DNA from: Heteronotia binoei
Taxonomy: Eukaryota
Length of the DNA: 64,000 nucleotides
Assembly: GCF_032191835.1 (NCBI RefSeq)
Contig: NC_083225.1
Span: 48,546,001 to 48,610,000, forward strand
Direction of reading: 5' to 3'
Under the pieces are notes generated by a model. That model ran no database searches. It had not been told where the DNA came from and saw only the letters and a list, made by a program, of their open reading frames with translations. Within the stretch, counting starts at the first letter, position 1. Each line of letters starts with the position of its first letter. Shown here piece by piece: positions 22,119-34,732 of this stretch. The position numbers were made by a program, and so were the translations under genes.

Positions 22119-25100
22119 ACAACAACAACAACAACAACAACAAATTTTATTTGTATCCCGCCCTCCCCGCCGGAGCAGGCTCAGGGCGGCTAACAACATA
22201 GTTCAGGGTTAAATTATACAAATGAATAAAATTACATTAAACATTATAAGCATTTAATTAAAATCTGGTTAAGTTTTAAAATTAAATTGATTAATTTTTA
22301 AAAGTGCTAATGCTATGTTTACTTTTTCTGATGGCGGTTTCTTTCGCAATTTCCATCTTCATCAGCGAAAGCCAGTCTGAAGAGGAAGGTCTTGCAGGCC
22401 CTGCGGAACTGTTCTAGGTCCCGCAGGGCCCGCATTTCCTCTGGAAGTTGGTTCCATAGGCTCGGGGCTATAGAGGAGAAGGCCCGGTTATGGGTGCTTT
22501 GCAACTTCACCTCTCTCGGTCCAGGGATAGTCAGCAAGTTTTTCCCGGCTGACCTCAGTGCTCTCTGGGGTTCATATGGGGAGAGACGGTCCCTAAGGTA
22601 GACAGGTCCTCGACCATATAGGGCTTTAAAGGTAATGACCAGCACTTTGTAATGAACCCGGTATGTAACTGGCAGCCAGTGCAGTTCGCGCAGCCCAGGC
22701 TGTATGTGTTCCCATTTAGGGAGTCCCAGCAACAGTCTAGCCGCTGCGTTCTGCACCAGCTGCAGCTTCCGGGTTCGGTACAGAGGCAGCCCCATGTAGA
22801 GGGCATTACAGTAATCCAGTCTCGAGGTGACCGTTGCATGAAGCACCATTGCCAGATCTTGGCGCTCTAGGAAGGGAGCCAACTGCTTTGCCCGCCTTAG
22901 ATGGAAAAAGGCTGACTTGGCAGTGGCTGCAATCTGGGCCTCCATTGATAATGCAGGCTCCAGTAAAACTCCCAGGCTCTTAACCCGGTGCGCCGCTTTC
23001 AACGGCGCCCCGTCGAAGACCGGGAGAGGTATTTCCCCTCCCTGAGCGCCCCGACCCAGACAAAGGACTTCTGTCTTCGCTGGATTCAGTTTCAGCCCGC
23101 TCTTCCTCAACCAGGTTGCCAAATCCTGCAGGGCCTGGTCTAAATTCTCTGGGACGCAGTCAGGCCGGCCGTCCATTAGCAGATAGAGTTGGGTGTCATC
23201 CACATATTGATGGCACCCAAGTCCATGTCTCCTGGCAATCTGGGCAAGGGGGCGCATATAGATATTAAATAGCATTGGTGAGAGAACTGCCCCCTGAGGC
23301 ACTCCACAGTCCAGTGTGCGCCTCTGGGACAGCTCGCCCCCAATTGCCACCCTTTGTCCCCGATCCTCGAGGAAGGAGGCAAGCCATTGTAAGGCAGACC
23401 CCCTCACCCCTACATCGGCGAGGCGGCGGGTCAGTAGCCGATGGTCAACCGTGTCGAACGCAGCCGACAGGTCCAACAACATCAGCACCACCACACCGCC
23501 CCGATCCAGGTGCCGTTGGAGATCATCTACCAGGGCGACCAGTACTGTCTCCGTCCCGTAACCCGGGCGAAAGCCGGACTGGCAAGGGTCTAGGATGGAA
23601 GCGTCATCCAGAAAGCTCTGCAACTGTGACGCCACTGCCCTCTCTATAATTTTACCTAAAAACGGTAAATTAGAGACCAGTCGGTAGTTTGCCAATTCGG
23701 CCGGATCCGCTGTACTTTTTTTCAAGAGGGGACGGACCAAAGCCTCTTTTAGAGATGATGGAAAGCGCCCCTCCAAGAGGGATCTATTTATGATGTCCCG
23801 TAAAGGACATTCAAGCTCCCTCAGGCAGGATTTAATTAGCCAGGAGGGGCATGGGTCCAAATCACAAGTTGTAGGGCGTGCAGAGGAGAGAATTCCGTCA
23901 ACTTCCTCCAGGCTGAGCGGGTTGAAGTGATCCAGGATTAAATCAGAAGACAGGCACGGGGCCTCGGGCTCACATACTGTATCCAAGGTGATGGGCAGGT
24001 CCTGGCGGAGCGACGTGATTTTGTCTGCAAAAAAATTCGCAAAAGCCTCACAGCCTATTTCCAATTCTCTAACGTTTGGTCTGCCTTGGGGCAGTGTGGT
24101 TAGCTGTCCAATTATTTTAAACAATTGGGCTGGGCGCTAATTTGCAGACGCAATCTTGGCCGCGAAGTACTTCTTCTTCGCGGCCTTGACTGCCACCTCA
24201 TAAGACCTCATAAACGTTCTATAGGATGTTCTCGCCGCTTCATCACGAGTGCGCCGCCACTGCCTCTCTAGTCATCGGAGTCCCTGTTTCAACCGGCGTA
24301 GCTCCAAGGTATACCAAGGAGCCAGCCTTGAACAAGGGCGCAGAGGACGTCGAGGTGCGATCTCGTTGATTGCCCCGGATAGCCGATCTTGCCAGGCATC
24401 AACCAGGGCATCAAGGGAATCGCCAGGGGGCCAAGGATCCCGAAGAGCCATTTGGAACCGTTCCGGGTCCATCAGGCTCCGCGGGCGAGCCAAAATAGGC
24501 TCTCCGCCCTTACAGGGTTGTGATAGCGTCTCCATACGAGCCTTGAGGGCTAAGTGATCCAACCATGGTATCGTCTCCGTTGCGATTTCGTTCACTTGAA
24601 TCCCGGCCGCAAAGATCAGATCTAATGTGTGCCCAGCCTGGTGCGTGGGAGTCGTAACAAATTGGGAGAGTCCCAGTGTCGCCATGGAAGACACTAGGTC
24701 CATCGCCTGAGTGGAGGCCACATCATCGGCATGGACATTGAAGTCGCCCAGGACCAGAAGCCCTGGGCACTCCAGCGCCCAGCCGGACACCGCCTCCATC
24801 AGGGATGGTAAGGCGCTGGCCAATGCGTTAGGCGGACGGTACACCAGCCAGATCGCCAACCTCTCCCCGACGTCCCACACAAGGCCAACACACTCAATAC
24901 CGTCGATCTTTGGGGCCGGGAGAGCCCGGAAGGAGTAACCCTCCCGTATGAGTACCGCCACCCCGCCCCCCCGCCCGCTAATCCGGGACTGGTGAAAGAC
25001 CGAGTAACCTGGGGGGGTCATCTGGGAGAGTGCCGTCGTCTCCCCCTCTTGAACCCAGGTCTCGGTCACTCAAGCCAGGTCTGCGTCCTGTCGAAGCAGG

Positions 25101-25450
25101 AAGTCCCTAATGGTTTCGGTCTTATTATTTATAGACCTGGCGTTGCATAACACCAGTGTCGGACGCGGGCAATTTCTCTTGGTCCCACTACTTGTCACCG
25201 TTGGGATGGGAAGTAGACTAGAAGGGGGCCGAGCACTGTTTTGTCTCAGCCTCCTTCTCTCACATCTCCGTCTATTCCCACCGTCATATCTTCCCCTCCC
25301 CAGGAGCACTGGGATCCCCTGACCGGACATCCCGACCTATTCTCCCAATGATCGTATTCCACTGACTAATTAGTATTAGTACACAGCATAGATCTCCCGC
25401 CCACCTTCGTCCTCTGTTCCCAGTTGTCTAGTTCACCATAATCTTCCAAT
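22119..25450 (-). mobile_element. L2-clade LINE, near-complete ORF2 plus 3'UTR and (TTG)n tail
   Basis: APE motifs (LCNARSINNK, VTETW, LGDFNVH, GHTLDLIF), RT motifs (LDLSAAFDTVDH, GVPQGAVLSP, QYVDDTQLY), 3' end agccgccctgagcc..gggcgggatacaaataaa(ttg)n; 5' boundary approximate. Confidence 0.95.
22319..25330 (-). pseudogene. L2 ORF2 (endonuclease + reverse transcriptase), ~1003 codons in one frame with 3 in-frame stops
   Basis: ORFs 25070-25330, 24272-25069 and 22319-24124 share one frame; stops TGA 25072-25070, TGA 24274-24272, TAG 24139-24137. Confidence 0.92.
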
Positions 25451-26239
25451 TTGATTAGTAAATAATTCCTACTTAGCACTATAATAAATGTACTGCTATT
25501 TGTGTCTAAAACTTGTTTTGGGGAGGAAGTACAGCTGAACAATCACAACTAATAAAAAAAAACCCACTGGAGAAGAGTATAAATACTGAGGTAAAACAAA
25601 AAAAAAATTAAAATGTATTGTCCTTAGATACCAAGGAGAAGTGAAGGGGGAAGAGTAATTCAATTTAAAAAGCATCGCCAGACAACCATAGCAGAATCCC
25701 TGTTCCACAATCTATGAAAAAGTCTGGAGTATAAATCACCATTAACAATGACCAATGCTGTCCCCAGTTCTTTATAAAGTCAGTTATTACATTGGCTCAG
25801 TTAAAATTAGAAATGCCATGACAGATCACAAGGGTCACCTTTTGACTTCATCCTTGTGATTTTAAGATATTCAGAACCTGCTGCCTTTGCCTTTGCCTGC
25901 TTTCTGTTTCTCTGACATGCATATATGATTTCTACAAGTCTTAGAAAAGGGATTATTAGGACCCAGATATGGGGTCATGTAGTCAGGAAGGAGAAGTAGA
26001 AGGAGATGAACTAGGAAGAAAGTTTTGAGAGGTTTGCCTCTGCATGATGTACAAAGTGGCCATGGATTACACTCTGTTGCTTCAACAAATACTGTTCAAT
26101 GTTATTTAATCCTAGCTGATGTGAGATTGTACCATTTTATGTCAGGAAGAAGAAGAAAGGACGTATGAAGTTACTTTGCAAATGGGTCTGGAAAAGAAGA
26201 GTAAGTTTACATGTGAAGTCTGAGAACCACTACCATAAG

Positions 26240-26433
26240 CAGTGTTCCCTCTAGAATGAGTTAGTGTGAGCTAGCTCACAGATTTTTGTCTTAGCTCAGG
26301 AAAGATGACTCCTGAGCACACTGATTCATGCAGTAGCTCACAACTTTATTGCCAGCAGCTCACAACTTTAATGTCAAGTAGCTCACAAAGTAGCATTTTT
26401 GCTTACAAGACTCGGAAGCTAGAGGGAACATTA
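26240..26433. mobile_element. hAT MITE, CAGTGTTCCCTCTA family
   Basis: Homologous to 9045-9238; TIRs cagtgttccctcta/tagagggaacatta; TSD not preserved. Confidence 0.8.
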
Positions 26434-26676
26434 TTCCCTAGGTTATTCCCTAGGAGGTAACTGGGAATGAAAACTGGGATTTCAGAGAATCTAATGTCAT
26501 ATTAAAAAAAGTCTGATGGCCAATTTTACAAAATGAAAAGGGCCACACATTTCAGGGGCAGGGAAAATAACTGCTGTGTGGTGGGATTTGGAAATTCCAT
26601 ATTTTTCCATCCATGCTGCAGCCATCCACAATTTCCCGGTCTCAACTTTGGAGTAATGTATGTTGGCAGAGTAATT

Positions 26677-26859
26677 CAGGACCGGATCTACATGTTTTTT
26701 GAGGGGGGGGGGCAAAATGAAAAAAAAAATAACGCCCCCTTATGGGCCATTCTATCATGATCCCATAGAATACAATGGACTCCATACCTAATTTGGTGCC
26801 CCCCCTCCATCGGTGCCCGGGGCAGGCACTCCCCTCTGCCCCCCCTAGATCCAGCCCTG
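26677..26859. mobile_element. hAT MITE, CAGG(A/G)C(C/T)GGATCTA family
   Basis: TIRs caggaccggatcta/tagatccagccctg; perfect TSD GAGTAATT; second copy at 51064. Confidence 0.9.
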
Positions 26860-27064
26860 GAGTAATTAACATAGTAATGGAGTACAACCTGATTAAAGAA
26901 TAGATAAAGGTTTATTTAGGAACTAATATACTTGATAGGAAAGAGCAAAGACAGAGATAAGTTCCTAACTACACCTCTAGCTGAGAAAGAGAGAGAAGAC
27001 TGAGTGTGGAATTTCTGAGAAGGAAGAAATTGCCCTAAAAGTAGCAATCTGGAGACAAACAAGG

Positions 27065-27377
27065 AATAATAATAATAAGATGATTTTGGATTTATATCCC
27101 GCCCTAAACTCTGAATCTCAGAGCGGTCACAATCTCCTCTACCTTCCCCCCCCCCCCACAACAAACACCCTATGAGGTAGATGGGGCTGAGAGTGCTTTT
27201 ACAGCAGCTGCCCTTTCAAGGACAGCTTCTATGAAAGCTATGGCTGACCAAGGCCATCTCAGCAGGTGTAAGTGGCGGAGTGGGGAATCAAACCCAGTTC
27301 TCCATGCACTTAACCACTACACCAAACCGTGTACTTAAACCACTCCGTGCACTTAACCACTACACCAAACTGGCTCT
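27065..27377 (-). mobile_element. Squam3-like SINE with duplicated head segment
   Basis: Reverse complement of the SINE consensus; tgcacttaaccactacaccaaac occurs twice. Confidence 0.88.
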
Positions 27378-29221
27378 GACTTAATAACACTTAACAGAAG
27401 AGAGAAAGTGCTGTTCTCACTATCTTATCTAATTGTCTTATTGCTGCCTCATTCAGGGTCTTCTTCTTTGTATACCAGATATTGCCTGTTTCAACAATGC
27501 AGTGTTGGGAAAGATACAAAAAAAGCCAAGGAAGCCCCAGGAAGTGCATGAAAGCACTACTGTGCAATGGGGAAGCAGAAAACACCCCTCTTCCCACCTG
27601 CATCAAACCTGGGGCAAACATCCTGTGCAGAAATGACCAATGTATGAAGTTTAGGTCTTGGAAGAGAGAAACAGACACTGCTGTGAATTGGCTGAAGGTA
27701 CTATTGGAACAAAGGGGGTAAAAGAACTCCTGCATCTAATTTGATGTTGGATAGGCTGAAACATTTTGTTTAACCTGTTACCAATTCAAACACAATAATT
27801 TGTGGTGGAAACAACACAGAATTTGGCATATTCTGGGATATGTGGGATACATATTGAATTACCAAGTAATGTACATGCATGGGTGACTCTGAGCTTTATA
27901 AAATAGATGAGCATTTTTATTTTAATTTCCAACATGTGACATCAGACAGCCACTTCATTTTATTTTAATATGTTAGTTGATTACGGCTACAGAAGTGTAC
28001 TCCATTTATCATGCTGTAGATGAAGCAGCATCCAGAAACCATTTAAAAGCACTAATAGGATCCTAAGTAAAAACTGGATTAAAATTAGAGACAGGGGCAG
28101 GAAGCCCACATATGAATTTTGAACTCAGACTGTGACATTTGCAGCACTTCATTTGCTTGTGCTACCATTATTCTTATTATTTTTATTTGTAAAGCCTGGC
28201 ACTATTCAAAAAAGGGTAAAAGACTAGAAAGTTCCTTCCCCACAGTCTGCATTATGCAAAAGAAAGGGAATAAAGGAAAAGGCAGAGTTAAAAGCATGCA
28301 TACAAATAAGTTTTCCTTATAATTACAGTGTTGTGAGTATTACAACTCATGTTTTAGGAATAGCAGCATAAAGACGACAGGGAATAAGTCTGAGAATTGA
28401 AAAAACTGGGCGCAGAATATTTAGAACAGATAAAGAAAAATGCGAAATATAGAGACCACAGGATCACAGATCTCAAGATAATGGATGTTTTGCATTCAGA
28501 CCTTGTTTTTCAGAAGCAAAATTGAGGGAAATGTATGTCGGCTTACTTACAATTTTGAACAAGGTTTCACTGGGCTTCTAAGCTATTAATGAACTCTAGT
28601 TCATAGAAATTACTTAATTTCTGTGTTGGTCACATCTTCTATTATAACTGCAGACAGTACCATCTGGGCACAAAATAACTTTCTCATAATTGGGGAGAAA
28701 TGCTACTAGACCATGAAAAGTAAAATGAGAAGATGTGATTAGACATAAGGCACAATTCACCTGGAAACTGGGCTTTTTGAACAGAAGAGAGATAGCCAGA
28801 TTCCAACTCTACTGATACTGCCTAACTCCACCGATACAGAAATGGAATGAAGCAATTCACTATGGAAGAGTAAGATTATATTAAAACTGTTCAAATAACG
28901 TGTTCAGTGTGCAGCTTTGGTAAGTGAAAGTTCTCCAGAACAGGGGTAAAAGCTTTTGCTCAACTATACCATAGAAGTCCCAATAGTGTTGTAGTTTATT
29001 CTTCCTCTTTTATTTCCCTATACTTACATTTTTATTCTGTAAAATCTATATAATATTAATCTGAACTCTCCCAAAGCTACAGCTAGCTTCTTCTGAGGTT
29101 AACCTACAGGACAGCTAAAAACAAGCTTTAAAAAGCCTCAAGGTAAGTGAAAAACAAAGGAACACCATTGTATTGTTCAGAAGACATGTCTCATTTTAAC
29201 TGATTTATGGTGATCCAGCAA

Positions 29222-29325
29222 GGGGCTTTCAAGGCAAGTAAGAAGCGAAGGTGGTTTACTGTTGCCTTCCTCTGCAGAGGCTTCCTTGGTGGTTTCCCAT
29301 CCAAGTATTGACAAGATCAGGCTAT
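29222..29325 (-). mobile_element. Degraded 5S-rRNA-headed SINE fragment
   Basis: Reverse complement aatacttggatgggaaaccaccaaggaag..gcagaggaaggcaacagtaaaccacc matches the other 5S-SINE copies. Confidence 0.55.
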
Positions 29326-29327
29326 GC

Positions 29328-29840
29328 TAGGAATGCCAGCCTCCAGGTGGGACCTGGAGATTCCCCAGAATTATAGTTTGCTGTGGTGGTTAAGTGTACG
29401 GGCTCTTAATCTGGGAGAACCAAGTTTGATTCCCCACTCCTCGATGTGCACCTGCTGAATGATCTTGGGTCAGCCACAGTTCTTGAAAGAGCTGCTCTCT
29501 CAAGAGCAGTGAATTAAAGAGATCTCTCAGCCCCACCTGCCTCACAGGGTGTCTGTTGTGGGGAGAGGAAGGGAAAGGAGACTGTAAGCCATTCTGAGAC
29601 TCTGAATGAAGGGTGAGGTATACATCCAGTTTCCTCCTCTTCCTCCTCCTCCAGACTACAGAGATTAGTTCCCCTGGAGAAAATGGATGCTTTGGAGGGT
29701 AGGTTCTATAACCGCATTGTACCCCACTGAGGTCCCTGCCCTCCCCAGGCTCCAAATGGCCAGGAGTTTCCCAACCTGGATCTGGCACCCCAACATCCCC
29801 CCATTCCTTGCCAGTGACCATGAGGGCTGTGGCAACCCTA
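29328..29840. mobile_element. TAGGGTTGCCAG short-form hAT MITE interrupted by a SINE
   Basis: taggaatgccagc ... gtggcaacccta; sequence resumes colinearly at ccagactacagag after the SINE. Confidence 0.8.
29380..29650 (+). mobile_element. Squam3-like SINE nested in a MITE
   Basis: gtggtggttaagtgtacgggctcttaatctgggagaaccaagtttgattcccc head; (CCT)n tail. Confidence 0.85.
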
Positions 29841-31295
29841 CATTCTGCATCCATTTTTCATAATAGGATCACATTAAACACACACACGACATCCATCCTA
29901 TTTGCAGGCTTAAAGTTCCTTGTTGTTCTTACAGTTCCACAGAAAGCAATTTCTTAACAAGACATTTTAAATATGTGATTGCATGAATGCAGAGTATATA
30001 ATGAACTGTAATTTTTCTCCTACAGAAGAAAAAACTTGTGCCCAAAGCATATCATTATCAGACCAAACTGAATGGCTATAATGTGGATAGTGGGATTTTT
30101 AAAGTAAATTATATACTTAACCAAACAGAATGGTTGTTATGCATTAACATTTGCATACATGCTTCCTTGAGAATTTTAACAAGTACAGTTGATGTGGTTC
30201 TACATTCTGCAACTTTATCCCCCTCCTTCATCTCACTCTTGTCTTCAGAAAAGAATATCTCACTTGCTCTGGCAAAGCAGCTGATGTAGGATGAGATCAG
30301 TTAGCTGTTATCTTTGTAGTCTTCCTCTTTCTATTTCCCCATGTTCCTATGCATGGTAGAATCTTGTAACCTTTGAAATTATTTGTCTCTGTCTTGTCTC
30401 TTTAATTTCCCCTTTCCTCCACAGCAGAATTTATCTGCTGCAATGCTGGATTCTGCTTACGCTTGCAGAAAGAAGCAAGTCATGACACCCCTTCCCCCAT
30501 ATCTTTTAATGCAGGACCTTTCCTGATTATTAGCAATAAATATACAACATATTATGTGTATTGCGTATTTGTATATATAAAATACATTACGTGCAGCAAT
30601 TCATTAGGTGTAATCCAGACTCCAGACATCAGCACTGAGATTGTGCTTTTGCTGCAGGGGTATCATATTCCCCCTCCTCTATTACAAAGGTAGTTCCATG
30701 CGGGAACTCAATTCCCAGGCACAAGTAGGACTGATTCAGCTTGGGATCATGGAGAAAAGGTTTAAGCCTTCTCTCCATTAAATTTTCCTGATGTAAATTT
30801 TTATTTATTTAATTTCTACCTTCCCTTTCTCCCTAATGGGGATGGATAATGGCTTACATTTTCCTCAGCCACAAAAAGGTTGCAAAATGCCAGAATATTA
30901 ATTGTAGACAAAAGGGCTCCCACTTGCCGCATTGGAGGGGAAGCCTGTAATCCTCAGTACATACGAAGTTTCCCAAGGGTGAAAACAGCAGCTCTCCAGA
31001 GCTGTTTACTTCAGGGAAACAGAGGGGAGGGGAATTCCTTCCCTGGTCATCATCCTGGCCATATCTGTGATTTAAGTTCTTAGCACGGAAGTCTCAATAC
31101 CTGTCTAAGTAATAATGCATGGTTTTTGCAACATGTGAATCAGCCCTATGACCACACACGTTGCCGTATGACAATTAATCAATTTAGCTCCGCCTGCTAA
31201 TAATCAATATTTATTGCATGTAAAGTAGTCAGGAGCACTTAAGATTGTCTGGCAGCCAGAAGTTCTAGCTCTTTTAGCATTATGTACCACTAGAC

Positions 31296-31453
31296 TTGTT
31301 TTTCAGGCGAGAGATGTTTCAGAGGCAATTTGCCATTGCCTGCCTCTGCATCATGACCCTGGTGTTCCTTGGAGGTCGCTCATCCAAATACTAGCCAAGG
31401 CTGACCCTGCTTAGCTTCTAAGAACTAACGAGACTGGGCTATCAAAGTCAGGC
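31296..31453 (-). mobile_element. 5S-rRNA-derived SINE
   Basis: Reverse complement agaagctaagcagggtcagccttggctagtatttggatgagcgacc matches 5S box A/IE/box C, followed by a non-5S body. Confidence 0.8.
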
Positions 31454-31585
31454 CTAAGCCTGCTGTATTTGAGCCTAGGAAAATGCACTTCTTCTCCTGT
31501 ATGGCCCATCCCTTGTTCCTAAGATGACTCTGTGGAATGTGATTATGCAAATACCATAGTAGTTAACATCAATAATGGCCACATC

Positions 31586-31786
31586 CAAGGCTTTTATTGT
31601 AGAAAAAGCCCAGGAGGAACTCATTTGCATATTAGACCACACTCCCTGATGGCACTATTGACTTGCAAAGGGATTTTTGTGGGGAAAGCCCAGCAGGAGC
31701 TTATTTGCATATTAGGCCACACCCCTTGACACCAAGCCAGCCGGAACTGCGTTCCTGTGTGTTCCTGCTAAAAAAAAAAAGCCCTG
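31586..31786. mobile_element. hAT MITE, CAGGGCTTTTTT family
   Basis: Perfect TSD GCCACATC (31578-31585, 31787-31794); two ATTTGCAT motifs. Confidence 0.9.
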
Positions 31787-32040
31787 GCCACATCCTTTTC
31801 TATATCCCAAGCTATACAAATGCTAAATATTATCAAATTCTAAATTGCCCACTGTCACTTTCCACTGATGAATCCAAACTGGAAATTATAGCAGGACAAA
31901 CTGTGAATACATTTTATCTATAGTTAATATTCTAGCATTTTGTAATATTTGTGATATTTCCTTTTTCAACTATGTCTTTCCATGCCAGTCATTGTTTATC
32001 AATAGCAGCTGGCAGAGCAACATTCACAATCATCTTGGTG

Positions 32041-32368
32041 TAGTTTGGTGTAGTGGTTAAGTGTGCGGACTCTTATCTGGGAGAACCGGGTTTGATTCCC
32101 CACTCCTCCACTTGCACCTGCTGGCATGGCCTTGGGTCAGCCATAGCTCTGGCAGAGGTTATCCTTGAAAGGGCAGCTGCTGTGAGAGCCCTCTCCAGCC
32201 CCACCCACCTCACAGGGTGTCTGTTGTGGGGGAGGAAGGTAAAGGAGATTGTGAGCTCTGAGGCTCTTCGGAGTGGAGGGCGGGATATAAAGCCAATATC
32301 TTCTTCTTCTTCTTCTTCTTCTTCTTCTTCTTCTTCTTCTTCTTCTTCTTCTTCTTCTTCTTCTTCTT
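32041..32368 (+). mobile_element. Squam3-like SINE with expanded (TCT)~23 tail
   Basis: Low-divergence head tttggtgtagtggttaagtgtgcggactcttatctgggagaaccgggtttgattcccc; microsatellite at 32299-32368. Confidence 0.92.
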
Positions 32369-32565
32369 TTCAGTATTCACAGGTCAGCTACAGGGAAAAG
32401 TTCCCCTACAGCTACCAAAATTACAGATAAAGGTTCTAATCAAACCCATTGCCTGCATATCTTCCAGCAATCTCTGATACTTTTGTGCTCTACTAATGAT
32501 ACATTTTTAAAAAGACAAGTTGGAGGAGATTTAAGGACAACTGCTAACATGATCACAAACTAGAC

Positions 32566-32860
32566 TGGGGTGGCCAAACTTGGTTAATATAAGAGCCACA
32601 TAGAATGAACGTCAAATGTATGAAAGCTGCAAGACAGGAAGAAAGGAAGGAAGGAAAATAGATGGGGAAGGCAGGAAGGGAGAGATGTGGAAAGAAAGCA
32701 ACTTTAACTTTAAAGGCATTCTCCAAGCTGCTGGCTGGCTTGGCCTGAAGAAGGGATGCCTTCTCCAAGGCAGCTGACAGGGTAGTGGGAGCTTTGGGAG
32801 CCACACAATATGTGTGAAAGAGCCACGTGTGGCTCCCAAGCTGCAGTATGGTCACCCCTG
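32566..32860. mobile_element. hAT (Charlie-like) MITE, CAGGGGTGGCCAAAC family
   Basis: Termini tggggtggccaaact/ggtcacccctg; TSD AACTAGAC/AACTAGGC. Confidence 0.85.
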
Positions 32861-33467
32861 AACTAGGCCATTCAGTGGTAAAGCTGATGTTTTAGAATTT
32901 AACTGATGTTTTTTGCAGGACTTCTGTTGAAGAGTAAATGTGGCCCCAAACTTTAAAACCTAGGATATATCCACAGAACAACTTTCAGAATTCCTGTTCA
33001 GTACTGGCATACAGCATTCCTTATTTCATTATTTGCCTAGGCGCCTTGAGTCTCTTCTAGAAGAAAAGCTCCTGATCCAAGACTATGATGGCTGATTCCT
33101 TAAGTGCCTCTCATAAACAACAATGAAAGCACCTTTGATTACTTCCCAAGCTATCTGTGTATGCTGCATTAATGTTGGTAGCATGTGATAGAATACTGGG
33201 TTATTTTTTTAAGTTAAATTCACATTCTGTATGTGAATTTGTTTGCATGTCAGATACAGAAGGAGAAGAGAAAGGATAGGTGTTTTAGTTGCACATAAGC
33301 CATAAAAAGGTTTGTTGAGTTTCTCTTGCACTTATTGAGGTACATATGGAGCTCGATCCAACTAGCTTTTTGGCTGGTAGAAAAGACAGGCAGGGTCCAC
33401 AATGACCATCAAAACCCTACCCTGATGGGGCTGATGGGTCTGCCAAAGATATTCCTTCCCCAGTCAT

Positions 33468-33647
33468 CTACGCTTTCCCCCCAGCAAGCTGGGTACTCAT
33501 TTTACTGACCTCGGAAGGATGGAAGGCTGAGTCAACCTCAAGCCGGCTACCTGAAAACCCAGCTTCTGCTGGGGATTTAACTCAGGTCGTGAGCAGAGCT
33601 TAGGACTGCAGTACTGCAGCTTTAACACTCTGCGCCACAGGGCTCCT
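33468..33647 (-). mobile_element. Sauria SINE (5' part)
   Basis: Reverse complement aggagccctgtggcgcagagtgttaaagctgcagtactgcag..gttgactcagccttccatccttccgaggtcagtaaaatgagtacccag is the characteristic Sauria SINE head and body. Confidence 0.88.
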
Positions 33648-33694
33648 AATAGGCCTAAAAGCTATCTGAGGACCTTTTGAACCACAGTTGCCCG

Positions 33695-33881
33695 CAGGGC
33701 TTCTTTTGAGCAGGAACACAGTTCCATCTGGCTTGGCATCAGGGGGCATGGCCTAATATGCAAATGAGTTCCTGCTGGGCCTTTTCTACAAAAAACCCTG
33801 TGTGAAACAATGGTGCTATAAGGGGGTGTGGTCTATATGCAAATAAGTTCCTGCTGGGCCTTTTCTACCAAAAAAGCCCTG
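33695..33881. mobile_element. hAT MITE, CAGGGCTTTTTT family
   Basis: TSD GTTGCCCG/GTTGCCAG; two ATGCAAAT motifs. Confidence 0.88.
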
Positions 33882-34000
33882 GTTGCCAGAGACTGACCAT
33901 GTATCCTTCCTGAAAAAGAGACTCTCTTCTTACATAGGAACTTTTCTGGATAAAAGTTTGCCTGTTCAAATATACTATTTCTCACAGTACAACAAAGTTT

Positions 34001-34163
34001 GGATCCAGTGGCACCTTCAAGACCAACAAAGTTTTATTCAAGATATAAGATGCATGCACATGGAAGTTTATACTTTGAATAAAACTTTGTTGGCCTTAAA
34101 GGTGCCATTGGACTCAGACTTGGTCCTGCTGCTTCAGAGCAACAAGCTACCCCACCTGAATCT
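34001..34163. repeat. Penelope terminal-repeat-derived inverted repeat
   Basis: Arms gtggcaccttcaagaccaacaaagttttattcaa / ttgaataaaactttgttggccttaaaggtgccat. Confidence 0.65.
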
Positions 34164-34279
34164 GTTTTGCACAGTCTCTGACTCCAAGCACATGCCTGTA
34201 AAGCACACAAGCACATGAAGGCAACAACTATCTCTTACTTCTGCCTTTACAACAGATATTCAGAGAGACCTACTTTTAA

Positions 34280-34520
34280 ACATGGATGTTCCATCTGTTG
34301 ATAGATCTGTCCTCCATGTATTTGTCTAGTCCCTTTTTGTAGACATCTAAGTTCATGGCCATCACCATACGTTGAAGTGCTATGCATTCCATAAATTGTG
34401 TGAGGCATTCACAGGAGTACCATTTATCCTGTTCCAGATTGATTGCTCATTAGCTTAACTGAAGAGCTGCAACCTAGTTGCAAGAATAAGTTCTTCCACA
34501 ACTTGCTCTTCACCACATAT
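34280..34520 (-). mobile_element. Old CR1 3' fragment
   Basis: ctgtcctccatgtatttgtctagtccctttttg..catggccatcacca is the reverse of the CR1 3' end seen at 47640-47700. Confidence 0.55.
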
Positions 34521-34732
34521 TCCTTGGTAACAGAAGAAAGATCTGATATGCTTGCCCCTGTGCAGCTGAAAGACAGGTTGCCACTTTAAAAAATAAGTGA
34601 TTTTGTTAAGCTATGGTTTCAATTTCCTCCCCATTGCAAATATTCACTGGCCAAATGGTGACATTTTCTACACAGGCCAGATAAAAAAGAGCTTCTCACA
34701 TAGATGTCAATGGCACATAGGAAACGGGGGCC

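Noticed and set aside
32041-32110. tRNA gene-like A/B boxes
   Set aside because: These are SINE heads followed by a MIR-like body and tail; no cloverleaf or acceptor stem
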